In this document: piece after piece, positions 1 to 11,621 of the stretch
How positions within the stretch are numbered: position 1 is the stretch's first letter
Layout of the letters: the number at the start of each line of letters is the position of its first letter
Source: Williopsis jadinii
Taxonomy: Eukaryota
Length of the DNA: 64,000 nucleotides
Direction: 5' to 3'
Assembly (NCBI GenBank): GCA_024346625.1
Contig: AP024668.1
Span: 186,001 to 250,000, forward strand
The notes under the pieces: generated by a model
Database searches by the model: none
What the model was told of the DNA's origin: nothing
What the model saw: the letters and a program-made list of their open reading frames with translations, nothing else
Translations under genes and position numbers: made by a program

Positions 1-1087
1 CAACCACTCTTCTGTAAAGGCTGTACAAATAGGATGTATTTCTGGCCTAGTTTGCTTCTAAATAGTTCAAGCCATGACTTGTATAAGCGCATAGACATGG
101 AAAGCCAAGTGTTATGTGTCAGTATGCACAGCCGGTATTAGGTGCTTATCAACATACACTCCAGTTTCTACACACTACGCAGTACACATAGACGACAACA
201 ACGACTCAGACCGTTACTGAGTACCTCTGGAGATGCCGTATGGCGTGGTGAAACACACAGCAGCTGGCTTACTTGTCTGAGCCATGACGACGAGCTATAG
301 GCTGCCTTCAGTTTATGTCGATTCCCAACGGTTATGCATGAAATGCCTTAGATGCGCTTTAGCACCTTATCCTTGAACTCGTCGCTCATCTGTCCAATCT
401 CTCATACCGTCTGTCCTTCCGTTTTGTAGAGATATGTATAACCACAGGCAAAACCACATACGTATAGGCCTTGTGTGATACTTTTGTCAATTGTGCACAC
501 GACCTTATACATCCTCTTGCCTGGTTGATGTTACCGGTTGGCGACGCAAGCACTTGCACGTATGTACGCGTGTGTTCGCTACAGCGCTGTTCATAAGAAG
601 CGCAGACTTCCCACACACAACCAATCGAGGGAGTCAGGCTTGACTCTGCGTGGTGCTTTGTGAAGAGGAAACGTCGTGTGACCTACAGGTAGCTGTTCGA
701 AGGCGTTGTGGTGCCCCATGGCCCATTTTGCCAATCTGTTAAGAGAAAAAAGCCGTTGGACAGGAATGCGTCTCGGGACAAACGTTGTATGTAGGAGGAG
801 CTGCACGGTGAAGATCTGAAACCATCCGCAAATTGTGTTGTTTGAAGCTGATGTGAAGAGCACACCAGTGTGATTCATCAATGGGCCATTGCAGTTGTGC
901 AATGTAGGATTTGCCAACTGTCAATCAGCCGTCAAATATTTGCTTGTGTGTGTGTGTGTCACATCTCGCCATGCTGCTTGGCTGGAGATGTATACAGTCA
1001 GAGTGTGATGCAGTCCAAGCTGTGAAATGGCTCATATCCATCAAACCAGCTGTGCACATCTCTCACAGGCGAAGAGGACGAGAGAGC

Positions 1088-1106
1088 GTGTGTGTGTGTG
1101 TGTGTG
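1088..1106. repeat. (GT)n microsatellite; a second lies at ~946-959
   Basis: gtgtgtgtgtgtgtgtgtg run. Confidence 0.85.
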
Positions 1107-1536
1107 CACATGCATAGTCCCTAGAGACCGAGGACAGGGCAGAAAGCTTAGACGAGTTTGTTATGGTGATTCCCATGGCGTCTTAGGGGACTTTTGTACA
1201 GTTCTCCATCCGCAACAAAGAAGCACCGTTGTTAGCCCATGTCCCACAGGCTGAGACTCGCATTGTATATAATTACAAGCAGACAGAATACAAATGTCCG
1301 GACATGGCTAAGGTCTAGGTCATGTCCACGGAATAGCCCACCTTAGTCACATGGTGTTTCTCCTCGCTCGCTGGAGCACACAGCGTCCCAAGGGCCCACC
1401 TCGCCCTCTGCTGATCTGCCATCACCTCTCCCTCCACCAGCCGGAAGCGCTCCACCCTCAAGCGACCACACACTTGTCCCTCATAGGACTTTGGCTATGC
1501 GACCAGCGTGCGTGCGCGCACTGGTCCAAGTGCGCA

Positions 1537-1550
1537 GGCCCACGTGGGCC
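1537..1550. promoter_or_regulatory. Palindromic E-box GGCCCACGTGGGCC (Pho4-type CACGTGGG) upstream of PHO4
   Basis: Perfect 14-bp palindrome, CACGTG at 1541-1546. Confidence 0.45.
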
Positions 1551-2796
1551 CTCGCTCTTTCCCCAAAATGGCAACCGGGTTTAGCCTGTCAGCTCAGACT
1601 ACAACGACGATCTCATTGGAGCACCGCTTCACTCCAACCCAGTCGCATCCGTACAAAGCCTCAATTGGACATTCATCATACAAGTCGGACGTTTCATTTC
1701 GTTTCATTTCTTTTTTTTTTTACTCTACCTCTCTCTTTGCTGATTTGCTACGCCGGTGAATGATCAGTTGGTGTTGATCTCCGGCGACCAGCCTGTGAAG
1801 GTGCGATTAGCCCATTTCCTCTTTTGTCCCTGGCTTTCCTTTCGCTTGCTGCCTACAACCGCGCTCTCTCCCTCTGCCTAATTACGAAATCCTGCCTACC
1901 ATCCTCCTGCCCCCAGCCGGGTGTTTCCCTTCTGGCTCGTTTTTCATTTCCCACTGGGCCTGCACTTTGGACCGATCTCAAATTACCGGGTTACCTGTTT
2001 CGACGTGCTGCCCTCCTCTCCCTCCCTCCCCTGTATAGGCACATACGTACGTGCGTACGTACGTAGCTGTGTGTATATACATGTGTGTGTCTCTACATTG
2101 TAAATATTGCAAATAATTAACAGACAGATCCTCTTTATTGGAAACGTCCCCCCAAATTCGCTCCCTCTCTCTTTTTCACTCTTGTCTTCCCACCTTATAA
2201 ATTTTCACTTTCTCTTTGGTATACACCACTACGCCTACAACGCTCTGGAATATTGGCATCGCTATACCTACAACCCCGTCTCCACCTCGTTGTTGTTATT
2301 ATTAGTCGTTGCTTTCTCTCTTTCTTTGGCATAGAACGACCGTCGGAGTGTACTTTTCTGCGTATCCACTCAACGGCATTCATTACTGAGCATCCAGCGA
2401 AAGGAGAAGACACTACTTTTCACCTCCTGTCCCTCCTGCTTACGAAAACGGGCTGTGATCGAGCCGTCCAATTATCGTCACAAGAGTGCTACTGAAGGAC
2501 TTTTCCCCCCTCCCCTTTGGCCAGGCAGCAAGCGATTCTTTCCAACGGGCCTACTGAGAACACTCTCGCTAGGCGCTGAAAGGTTTTAGAAGGAGGAGCC
2601 CACTGAAGAACTTCACCAGCAGAGAGAGCCCCTGTCCTGAGAGCTCCGTCCACAAGGAAAAAGGCATTTCTGTCCAGGCTCGGTTCGCCTTCACTACAGT
2701 TGAGTCTTTTCATCACAACAGCTTAGCAACTCCCTTGCAGGTGACGAGTAGTTGAGAATAAGACACAGATAACCACACCCTGGTTGCAAACTACAC

Positions 2797-3816
2797 ATGG
2801 ACTCAAATTGGATATTTGAGCATGGCTCTCATCACAGCACCGTGATGGAGTCTCCCCACATGGAAGGATGGGTACAGCAACAGCAGCAACAGCAGCAGCA
2901 TGCTTCTTCGATGTCGCCTATGCACCAGCAAGTCCATCTAAGTCAACCACAACAGAAATGTTCACAATCACAGGGAGGGTCGAACTACAACTCCCCCTCT
3001 ATGAACATCATGAGTCCCGCATTCAACAACACTGCTTCGAACCACCACACCCCAATAAACGATGGCTCTGTGGGACAAATCGAACACAGCAACGGCGTGG
3101 ACGGTGATCATACGCCAGGGAACACACACTTTAGTGATTACCTCAACGGAGATTTGGATGATGGTTCCCACCATTTTGCCATGATGGACGAGCCGTCAAC
3201 GGCCAAGGATGATTGGACCGACATTGCAAACTTGCACGAGTTGAACGATATCGATATGAACTTCTTCCCTGATGATCTCGCCACTCAGCAGCAGCAGATC
3301 AATGGATCAAAGATCAAGCATGAGTCCATCCCGATCCATGAGAAGGTCAGTGACCATGTACCGCCAACGCCAACGAGCTTTGAAGTAGCGTCATATGCTA
3401 ACCCACATTTCATGGAGTCGTTTGATTCTCCAATGCTGGATCATCAGGGGAGTGCGTCTATTAGAACAGATGTCGTGTTCACACCCTTGGTGTCACCAGC
3501 AGTGACGCCCATGGATTCGGTTATCAACAACAATCAGAATAAGCAGGTTGGCTTCTTTTCTCCCTTGACATCTCCTGCTTTAGAGGCCAACTCTCCAAGG
3601 AGGTTGAAGAAGACATCAAGTAATGACGAACAGCAACAGTCACAGTCACAACAGAAGAAGAAATATACAAAGAGGAAGACACCAGGCTCGACTCCGATTG
3701 TCGGTCCAACCATTCCTGGAAGAATAGCTAAACAGTCGCCTATCATCAAGGCACGTCGTTCGACAAGCTACACATCTGCCTTGACTCAGAAACAACAACA
3801 ACAACAGCAGCAGCAG

Positions 3817-3848
<32 letters not shown>

Positions 3849-4494
3849 GCAAGTACAGCAACAGCAACAGCAAGTACAACAGGAGTTTTTACCACCTTCT
3901 GAGAAGTCAATGGCTCCACCAAAGAGCAGAAATAGAACAAAATCTGGCTCCCAACCTGCGACACCTGCAACGTTGATGAACTTCAAACTTGAGAAGAATG
4001 GAACTTCGAGGTCACCCGTAATTTTACCCTCCAACGGCAACACTACACATGCCTCTGCGACTCCAACTGCAAACACTTCGAGAAGCTCCTCCACTTCAAC
4101 GATAAAGCAAACCCAACAGGTGGTTGCGCCTACTAGTTCGACTCGTACCGGCTCCGAAGAAGAAGATACAGTATTGAATCCAGGACAGGGTGGTAACGGA
4201 GGCTCCACAGGTGGTGATTCAAGTTCGAAAAAGGCATCACATAAACTTGCCGAACAAGGTCGTCGTAACAGAATGAACCAGGCTATAATTGATCTGGGCT
4301 CTCTAATTCCTGAATCTCTACAAGCTACTGTTGCCATACCGAGTAAGGCAACTACGGTGGAACTGGCAAGTGAATACATCAAGTCTCTGATTGGTGAAAT
4401 TGACATGCTAAGGGAACGAATCAAGTCACAGGGCAGTGACATCATGAGTAACGACAGTATATCTCCCTTGGAGACTACTCAACATTCAAGTTAG
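2797..4494 (+). CDS. PHO4: bHLH phosphate-response transcription factor (Pho4/NUC-1 type), 565 aa with polyQ tracts
   Basis: C-terminal bHLH KKASHKLAEQGRRNRMNQAIIDL...SKATTVELASEYIKSL; clustered SP/TP sites (TPLVSPAVTP, FSPLTSPAL); lies next to QCR6/RPL29/RRT5 as PHO4 does in S. cerevisiae. Confidence 0.9.
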
Positions 4495-4870
4495 CACCAT
4501 TCAGATCTTTCCTCCCATGTCCCCATTCCTCTCTTTAGATGAGAGATGACAACGAACAAAGCCACACCGTTAATATACAAACAGAGAAGAAGTACAAGAT
4601 AAACAGAAGGGTGTGATCTTTCGTTTCAACTGTTTTTTATGATATATGTTTCTTTTATACCATCGTTACGCACACTGATATATAGTTTTCCTTTGAAAAG
4701 AACAAGAAGTGCTCCTAATCAATTGCTCTACTGTGTAACCGAAGTGCTACAACAGTACAATGCATTGTCTCGTGTAAATATCTTGCCTCCATGGCCAAAT
4801 TATGTCTTTATACCATTTAAAGCGTATAACAATTTGCACGGTTACCCTGGACACCGTTGTTGTGGAAACA

Positions 4871-4919
4871 ACATCCGAACACCACACTATGCTCCCACGC
4901 GGACGCACTGAAAATTTTT
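4871..4919 (+). promoter_or_regulatory. Ribosomal-protein promoter elements: Rap1-like ACATCCGAACAC (4871-4882), Fhl1-like GACGC (4902-4906), RRPE TGAAAATTTTT (4909-4919)
   Basis: Motifs read directly ~100-140 bp upstream of the RPL8 ATG. Confidence 0.55.
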
Positions 4920-5012
4920 CCAACAAGCTGAAAAAGCTTTTTTTTTCACACTTTCTCTTCTTCCAACCTGAATAGTTCAAAACAACAATCACAGAATTGA
5001 ATAAAACTAACA

Positions 5013-6272
5013 ATGGCTGTAAGTTGCTTGGTTTGAATCACCTTCATTAAGACATTATGGAGCTCCTTGAAATACACAGTTCTTACCTGTGGAGAAATAA
5101 TAGGAGTGTTGACGATGTCACTTATATGGGAGTCTTTGCTTCCTCTGTCCGTATGAGAAGTACGGGCATGGAGTGGGGCTCTCGAATCTCTAATAGATGG
5201 AGCTTGCCTTGTGAATCGATCAAACCATGAGACATCCGCCGTTAATGGTGATGTTGCTGACGGTTATCGATGCACGCCTATAGGCTCTCCCGCTCATTAC
5301 TAGAGTTTCACGCTCTTTTAGGAGCAAACATCAGATATCACTACTCTTTTCCGTATTATGATCCATACAGGCTGTTTACCTCCTTCTGTATTGAAGGAGT
5401 TACTAGAGATTATGTTATTTCATTGGAGAAATTTAAGATGTTCGCATTCTTGTTTTCGATTCCAATAAATACTAACTCCATGACCCTTATAACAGCCATC
5501 AAAGAAAGTTGCTCCATCCCCATTCGCCTCCAAGGGTGCTTCCAAGTCTAAGGCCCCAAAGAACCCATTGGCTGAGGCTAAGCCATTGAAGTTCGGTATC
5601 GGTCAAGCTATCCAACCAAAGAGAAACTTGTCCAGATTCGTCAAGTGGCCAGAGTACGTTCGTCTCCAAAGACAAAGAAAGGTTTTGTCCTTGAGATTGA
5701 AGGTTCCACCAGCTATTGCCCAATTCCAACACACTTTGGACAGAAACACCGCTGCTGAGGCTTTCAAGTTGTTCAACAAGTACAGACCAGAGACCAAGGC
5801 TGAGAAGAAGGAGCGTTTGACCAAGGAGGCTGCTGCCATCGCTGAAGGTAAGACCAGACAAGAGGCCTCCGAGAAGCCATACCTTGTCAAGTTTGGTTTG
5901 AACCACGTTGTCTCCTTGATTGAGAACAAGAAGGCTAAGCTCGTGTTGATTGCCAACGATGTCGACCCAATTGAGTTGGTGATCTTCTTGCCAGCTCTGT
6001 GTCGTAAGATGGGTGTTCCATACGCCATCATCAAGGGCAAGGCCCGTTTGGGAACCCTGGTTCACCAGAAGACCTCTGCTGTTGCTGCCTTGACCGAGGT
6101 TAGAGCTGAAGACGAGTCTGCTCTTGCCACTCTGGTCTCCACCATCAACTCCAACTTCGCCGAGAAGTACGAGGAGAACAGAAAGCACTGGGGTGGTGGT
6201 ATCTTGGGTGCTAAGTCCCAAGCCAAGGCCGACAAGAAGGCTAAGTACGCTGCTGCTGCCGAGAAGAAGTGA
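5013..6272 (+). CDS. RPL8: 60S ribosomal protein eL8 (L7a); exons 5013-5018 and 5496-6272
   Basis: ATG GCT|GTAAGT...TACTAAC(5470-5476)...CAG(5493-5495) gives [12 protein letters not shown]...[33 protein letters not shown], in frame with the 5568 ORF. Confidence 0.96.
5019..5495 (+). other. Spliceosomal intron of RPL8 (477 nt)
   Basis: GTAAGT 5' site, TACTAAC branch point, CAG 3' site; splicing restores the conserved N-terminus. Confidence 0.92.
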
Positions 6273-6745
6273 TGCTTCGCAACGGGCTTTGTATATGGAT
6301 ATGTATATTAGGTGGGTATAACGATAATACGCAAAAGGGTTTTAATTCTGATGAAAATGTGTCGTAGATGAACTCGCTGTGGATACTACCATAGTAATAA
6401 TATCACTCGGGCAACGTAAATACTTTCGTTGCTGTGGTTGAAAATTAACGTTGCCGTAGTTATCAGGTAACCGTAGTGAAGATGAAAATTCGCGAAACGC
6501 TGCTCTGTGCTTCTTTTCTCCTCTGACGTTTTCTGGCCAATTGGAGCGCTGGGAATGAAGTTGACGTCTTTGGCGCGGGAAAACACAATTTAGCTGGGAG
6601 AAATTTACTACGGTGGTGTGTCCCTTTTCTGGTGAGGAAATCTCGGTGTGAGCAGCGGTTTTGCGAAATTTTGTGCAAGAGGAGTGAAAACAACCTTCCA
6701 TTACACTTTACACGGAACACAACCACTTTTTAAAAGACACCAACA

Positions 6746-7111
6746 ATGCTTGCCACACTTGCTGAAGCCCTTGAAGAGTTGAAGGAGGCCTTTGTGCCAA
6801 CTGTTGCTAAGGCCGAGACTGAAGAGGAGGAGGAAGAAGAAGAAGAGGAGGAAGAAGAGGAGGAGGATGAGGACGAGGAGGAAGGTTCTGCTGACCCATT
6901 GGACAAGCTGAGAGACGAGTGTGCCACTCTTCCAGCTATCAAGCCATACGTCCATCACTACGCCGAGTGTGTTGAGAGAGTGACAAAGGCTCAGGAGTCT
7001 GATGACTATGACCAACTCGAGTACAAGGAGGACTGTGTTGAGGAGTTCTTCCACTTGCAACACCACATTAACGACTGTGTTCAACCAAGACTCTTTGCAA
7101 AGTTGAAATAA
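6746..7111 (+). CDS. QCR6: Cytochrome bc1 complex hinge subunit 6
   Basis: Long acidic tract then DPLDKLRDEC...HHYAECVERV...EDCVEEFFHLQHHINDCVQPRLFAKLK. Confidence 0.95.
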   Translation: MLATLAEALEELKEAFVPTVAKAETEEEEEEEEEEEEEEEDEDEEEGSADPLDKLRDECATLPAIKPYVHHYAECVERVTKAQESDDYDQLEYKEDCVEEFFHLQHHINDCVQPRLFAKLK

Positions 7112-7918
7112 GCACCACATTGTCAGTTTTATTGTTTCAAGTATTTGCATTTCTGTTAACATTCTCTTTTTTTACTTTCCCTAAAACAAACAACACAAGA
7201 CAATTTACTTATAACTCTTTCTTTTTGAACAATGGTGGGAAGGATGTCACTTTTCCTCACGGCCGGGGCGCATGGATTATACAACCACTTGAATGGCTCT
7301 AGGTGATGGATTGTGGTGTGTGTTGTACATGACACATATTGCAGAGGTGATTCTTTCCGTCCATTAGAAAAAAATACAGACAAATAGCGTTCCAACAATG
7401 TACATATTCGGGTTTGAACTCGTTTGATGGTTTCAATATCAGAATGAGAATTTGGATCTACACTAACGCTGGACTCGTTGTTTATAAAATTGTTTAAAAA
7501 GGTTTTCACATTGAGTATGTGTAATCAGTTATAAGTCTCATAACCTATGATTTTGAAAGAAAACCGTGCGGCGTGGTGTAGTTTGTGTAGATGTTTACCT
7601 TGAAGGTGTTTTTGAGCCGCTGTGCCTTGTGGTTCTCCGATAAAGTGTTGATCCAGACAAGCCCTATTTCGTGGAATGAGACGTCTCACGTGATCTTGTA
7701 AAACCCTAATGTTCATTTTGAAAGTCACAAATTCATCCAGACACACAATGGTGTTTTTTCTGAGACGCAAACAACAGCGGTGAAAAATTCGCGAGGAATG
7801 TCGCCGGTACGGCCACATGTCGTAGTTAGCGTCCAGAGGTGGGAAAAAGAACAAAAGTTAACGAACGCTTCACACTGTTAAATGTTGAATTGAAAGGATC
7901 ATATCCAACTTTGAGCAA

Positions 7919-8232
7919 GTAAGTGTTGATCAAGAGAGGCATAAGGTGATATGTTTGAAACGGAGAGGACGTAGGAAATGTGTTATTGAGCTCTGTAAAG
8001 AGGTAGCGGCATATGAAGAATACAAGGAGGAGGAAGTTAAAGTGGGAGGAACTTTTCAATGGAGCTAATCTTACACTGTGTTATAGAAGCAAAGGTCTCT
8101 ACATGATAATGAATCAAGTCTCAGATGAGGATTCTGAATTCTGAGAGGTTGGATATTTCAAAATGCTACGTCCTTCTCAAACTACATCCCTCGCTAAGGT
8201 TGAGTTACACATATACTAACAGACGTGAACAG
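7919..8232 (+). other. 5'UTR intron of RPL29
   Basis: GTAAGT at 7919, TACTAAC at 8214-8220, CAG at 8230-8232 two nt before the ATG; S. cerevisiae RPL29 also has a 5'UTR intron. Confidence 0.8.
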
Positions 8233-8234
8233 CA

Positions 8235-8423
8235 ATGGCTAAGTCAAAAAACCACACAGCACACAACCAAACTAGAAAGGCTCACCGTAACGGTATCAAG
8301 AAGCCACAAACCCACAAGTACCCATCCTTGAAGGGTGTTGACCCAAAGTTCCGTCGTAACCACAGACACGCTCTTCACGGTACCGCCAAGGCTTTGGCTG
8401 CTGCCCGTGCTGAGAAGAAGTAA
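8235..8423 (+). CDS. RPL29: 60S ribosomal protein eL29
   Basis: [24 protein letters not shown]...[18 protein letters not shown]. Confidence 0.97.
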   Translation: MAKSKNHTAHNQTRKAHRNGIKKPQTHKYPSLKGVDPKFRRNHRHALHGTAKALAAARAEKK

Positions 8424-8760
8424 ATTCATTGAGCATTAATATGGTATGAATTGGTTTCTTTTTAAGTGTTTTTTCTACAGTTGTTATGTTGGAGGAGGTG
8501 TGTGATGAGTCAGGGGGAATGGAGTTATCACTCTGTTATTTCAACGGAGAAGGTAGCTTTAATCTCTGGGGCTCATCTTCAGAGCTAATACATTGATGCA
8601 ATCTTGTTAAACGGTGAAGCTCTAGTGTATATCATAATGGTTTTAAAGAACAAGGATAAAATCGATCTTTTGTTAGCGGAACATTAACCCTGGTGTAGAG
8701 ATGTTTTCTTTTCTTCCTTTTGGCGCTTGTGTTTACATTTTGGTTTTTGTTGATTGTTGT

Positions 8761-8797
8761 TTTTGTGTCACGGCGGCTAATGGAGGAGAGGTATAAA
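8761..8797 (+). promoter_or_regulatory. Meiotic promoter module: MSE (TTTTGTGTC 8761-8769), URS1 (GGCGGCTA 8772-8779), TATAAA (8792-8797)
   Basis: Adjacent Ndt80/Sum1-type and Ume6-type consensus sites ~110-130 bp upstream of the RRT5 ATG. Confidence 0.7.
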
Positions 8798-8889
8798 TAG
8801 CGATGTGTAGATGTTAGTGTTGGTGTTTCATTGTTTACACGGATATCCCATCCGCCAGTTTGAGAAGTTGATCTATTAACAAGTTCAAA

Positions 8890-9867
8890 ATGCCTGACGA
8901 ACCCACTGAGGAGAAGTCGGCACAAGGTGTAGAGGTCAATGACTCGAGACTTTACATTAGCAATGTCAGTTACCACACAACAGAGTCCGATCTTTCGGAG
9001 TTGGTTAAGAGCTTCAAAGTGTAAAGTAGATACGTCCAGTCCCCCACATTTGGTATGCTCTTATCAAAGCGGTTCTTGTGTACTAACAAAAGTGCCAACA
9101 GCAATTCCATCTTAGTTCCTAGTCATACCGTTAGAGGGTTCCATTCCTACAAACAGAGATCATTGGGGATTGCCTATATCGATTTTGAGAATGGGGAAGA
9201 GGCGTCAATTGCTATGGAGTTACTCAATGGTTTGGATTTGAACGGACGACCACTTAGGGCGAAGAAGTTCATCCTGTACAGCCCTGGTATTAAACGAGTG
9301 AATTCTAAGCCTAAAGGCCGTGATAAGCGATCCAAAGCTAAAAGCGATGTACTCTCTTCGCTTGATGAAGAAGATTTGAATGAGAAGGAGAAAGTTACAA
9401 ACACACCAAACACTGGAGATGCTAACAACGAGGATAGATCTAACGGGTCAAACTCCAGGAAAAAATCAAAACCTGTATCTGACACTACAGTGTACATTGG
9501 CCGACTCTCTTCCAAAATTACAGATGGTGATCTTCGTGAGTACTTTCACGATTACATACCAACTGAAGTTTATATCTTCAAGACCCGTTCGCCAAAGCAT
9601 CATAGATCTTTGTTCGGCGCGTCCAACTCAGCTTTGATCACGTTAAGCGTAGATCATTCCGTGACAAAGGCATTGGAGGAGTTGAAAGATGTCAAATTGA
9701 AAGGTAAGCGTGTTTATTTACAGCACGCTTATATTTCAAAGATTGAAGAGGTTAAAAATGCTGTACGTGCAAAAGCCCTGAAGTGGGATCTAGAGAACTC
9801 TTCACCAACAGATGATGGTGCTCAAGAGGCTGCTCAAGAGGTTGCTCAAGAGGTTCCTCAAGAGTGA
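8890..9867 (+). CDS. RRT5: Two-RRM RNA-binding protein Rrt5; exons 8890-9020 and 9102-9867
   Basis: Exon 1 MPDEPTEEK...RLYISNVSYHTTESDLSELVKSFK supplies RNP2 and joins to VNSILVPSHTVRGF...LGIAYIDF (RNP1); second RRM TVYIGRL; sits between RPL29 and RPL2 as in S. cerevisiae. Confidence 0.85.
9021..9101 (+). other. 81-nt intron of RRT5 with non-consensus 5' site GTAAAG
   Basis: TACTAAC at 9081-9087, CAG at 9099-9101; a 5' site at 9021 restores the frame (GT|C = Val) and removes the in-frame TAA at 9022-9024. Confidence 0.75.
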
Positions 9868-10335
9868 GAATCCCTAACCTCTATGTTTCTTAGTATTCAC
9901 AATGAAAACACCCAAGAATAGCTAACACTGAAATGAATACTTCAACCAGCTCTTTCCTGCATTTCTTTATAGCTTTGAACAATCAACGTTTATCAACATG
10001 AAAGGTGATTGTATGACACTGATGCACGTTGAAGCTTCCTGATTAAACCTGACACAAACAACAGATCTGCACGTACCAGACGTGCCCTGAAGGGGAAGAA
10101 CCCGTGCTGAGATTTACCCGTGTGCTTGAAATTTTCACTACTATTATGGTGGTGTAGGGATGTTACTTGGAAACTTGAGAAAAAAGCAGTCCCAAAAACT
10201 CGAAAAAAGAGTCGCGGACTCAGCGTCTGTTGCGTGGGCTCTCGGTGTGTGCCTGTGGAAAATTGAAAAAGTGTTTAAACCATCAAACCCACTCACAACT
10301 GAAGAAGAGGAAATCACCAAGCAAGACTATCAACA

Positions 10336-11455
10336 ATGGGTATGTGAATTCGTATGAGACGTAGAGAAGAGCAAGAGAGAAGATAAGAGCAGAAGAGGAT
10401 CAGTCTAAAGGTTATGATCATGTGTGTGGTTGTTTCCTAAGGAACAGCATAGCAAGACATTTATGTTTTATGAAAGGTTTTCTTTTAGTTCTTGAAGTTA
10501 TGGGGATGATCAAGTTAATGGAGCAGGTCATCGAGCATGATCAGGACAGTATAGAGGGAATACTCCAGGCTTGTGGAGACTCATCAACTGTTTTGCCTGC
10601 GCATCCACACCTCTGTCTTTTTTTCACCATCAGATCTCACGCTACTACTACTACTATAGTGCGATTATTGAAGTACTAACAAAGATTTCTACAGGTAGAG
10701 TTATTCGTAACCAAAGAAAGGGTGCTGGTTCTATCTTCGTCTCTCACACCAGATTGAGACAAGGTGCTGCTAAGCTCAGAACCTTGGATTATGCTGAGCG
10801 TCACGGTTACATCCGTGGTGTTGTCAAGCAAATTGTCCACGATGCTGGTCGTGGTGCTCCATTGGCCAAGGTTGTCTTCCGTGACCCATACAAATACAAA
10901 TTGCGTGAGGAGACCTTCATCGCCAACGAAGGTGTCTACACTGGTCAATTCATTTACGCCGGTAAGAAGGCCTCTTTGAACGTTGGTAACATCTTGCCAT
11001 TGGGTTCCGTCCCAGAAGGTACCATCGTTTCTAACGTTGAGGAGAAGCCAGGTGACAGAGGTGCTTTGGGTAGAACCTCTGGTAACTACGTCATTGTCAT
11101 TGGTCACAACCCAGATGAGAACAAGACCAGAGTGAAATTGCCATCTGGTGCTAAGAAGGTGTTGTCCTCCGATGCCAGAGGTGTCATTGGTGTTGTTGCC
11201 GGTGGTGGTCGTGTTGACAAGCCATTGTTGAAGGCTGGTCGTGCTTTCCACAAGTACAGAGTTAAGAGAAACTCTTGGCCAAAGACTCGTGGTGTTGCCA
11301 TGAACCCAGTTGATCACCCTCACGGTGGTGGTAACCATCAACATATTGGTAAGGCCTCTACCATCTCTAGAGGTGCTGTTCCAGGTCAAAAGGCTGGTTT
11401 GATCGCCGCCAGAAGAACTGGTTTGTTGCGTGGTACCCAAAAGACCCAAGACTAA
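10336..11455 (+). CDS. RPL2: 60S ribosomal protein uL2; exons 10336-10339 and 10695-11455
   Basis: ATG G|GTATGT...TACTAAC(10674-10680)...CAG|GT AGA gives [16 protein letters not shown]...[22 protein letters not shown]. Confidence 0.97.
10340..10694 (+). other. Spliceosomal intron of RPL2 (355 nt)
   Basis: Canonical GTATGT / TACTAAC / CAG. Confidence 0.95.
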
Positions 11456-11621
11456 GTTATGTCTTGACATGTTTTGTTAGTTTAATGAAAGATATCATCA
11501 AGTTTAAGGGTTTTTATGTGCTAGTTTTGAAAAATCATAATGTACGGTAGTCATTTTTAGAAGGAGATTAAGCCGTAGAGATTGATGACGAATACCCTCG
11601 TTGCAGTTATTTTATGTACAT

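Noticed and set aside
5499..6221. 240-aa antisense ORF over RPL8 (similar ORFs lie over RPL2 10676-11470, MET10, TRP5 47854-48705 and PHO4 3834-4445)
   Set aside because: Shadow ORFs arising from codon bias of the sense genes; no recognisable domains.
8502..8600. GTGATGA as a C/D snoRNA box C downstream of RPL29
   Set aside because: No CTGA box D at a suitable distance and no terminal stem; it overlaps a TGAGTCA motif.
9055..9101. ORF-track starts for RRT5 (9055), RPL2 (10571), RPL8 (5568) and TRP5 (47896)
   Set aside because: The 9055 and 10571 starts lie inside introns, and 5568 and 47896 are internal non-ATG codons of exon 2; spliced models restore the conserved N-termini.
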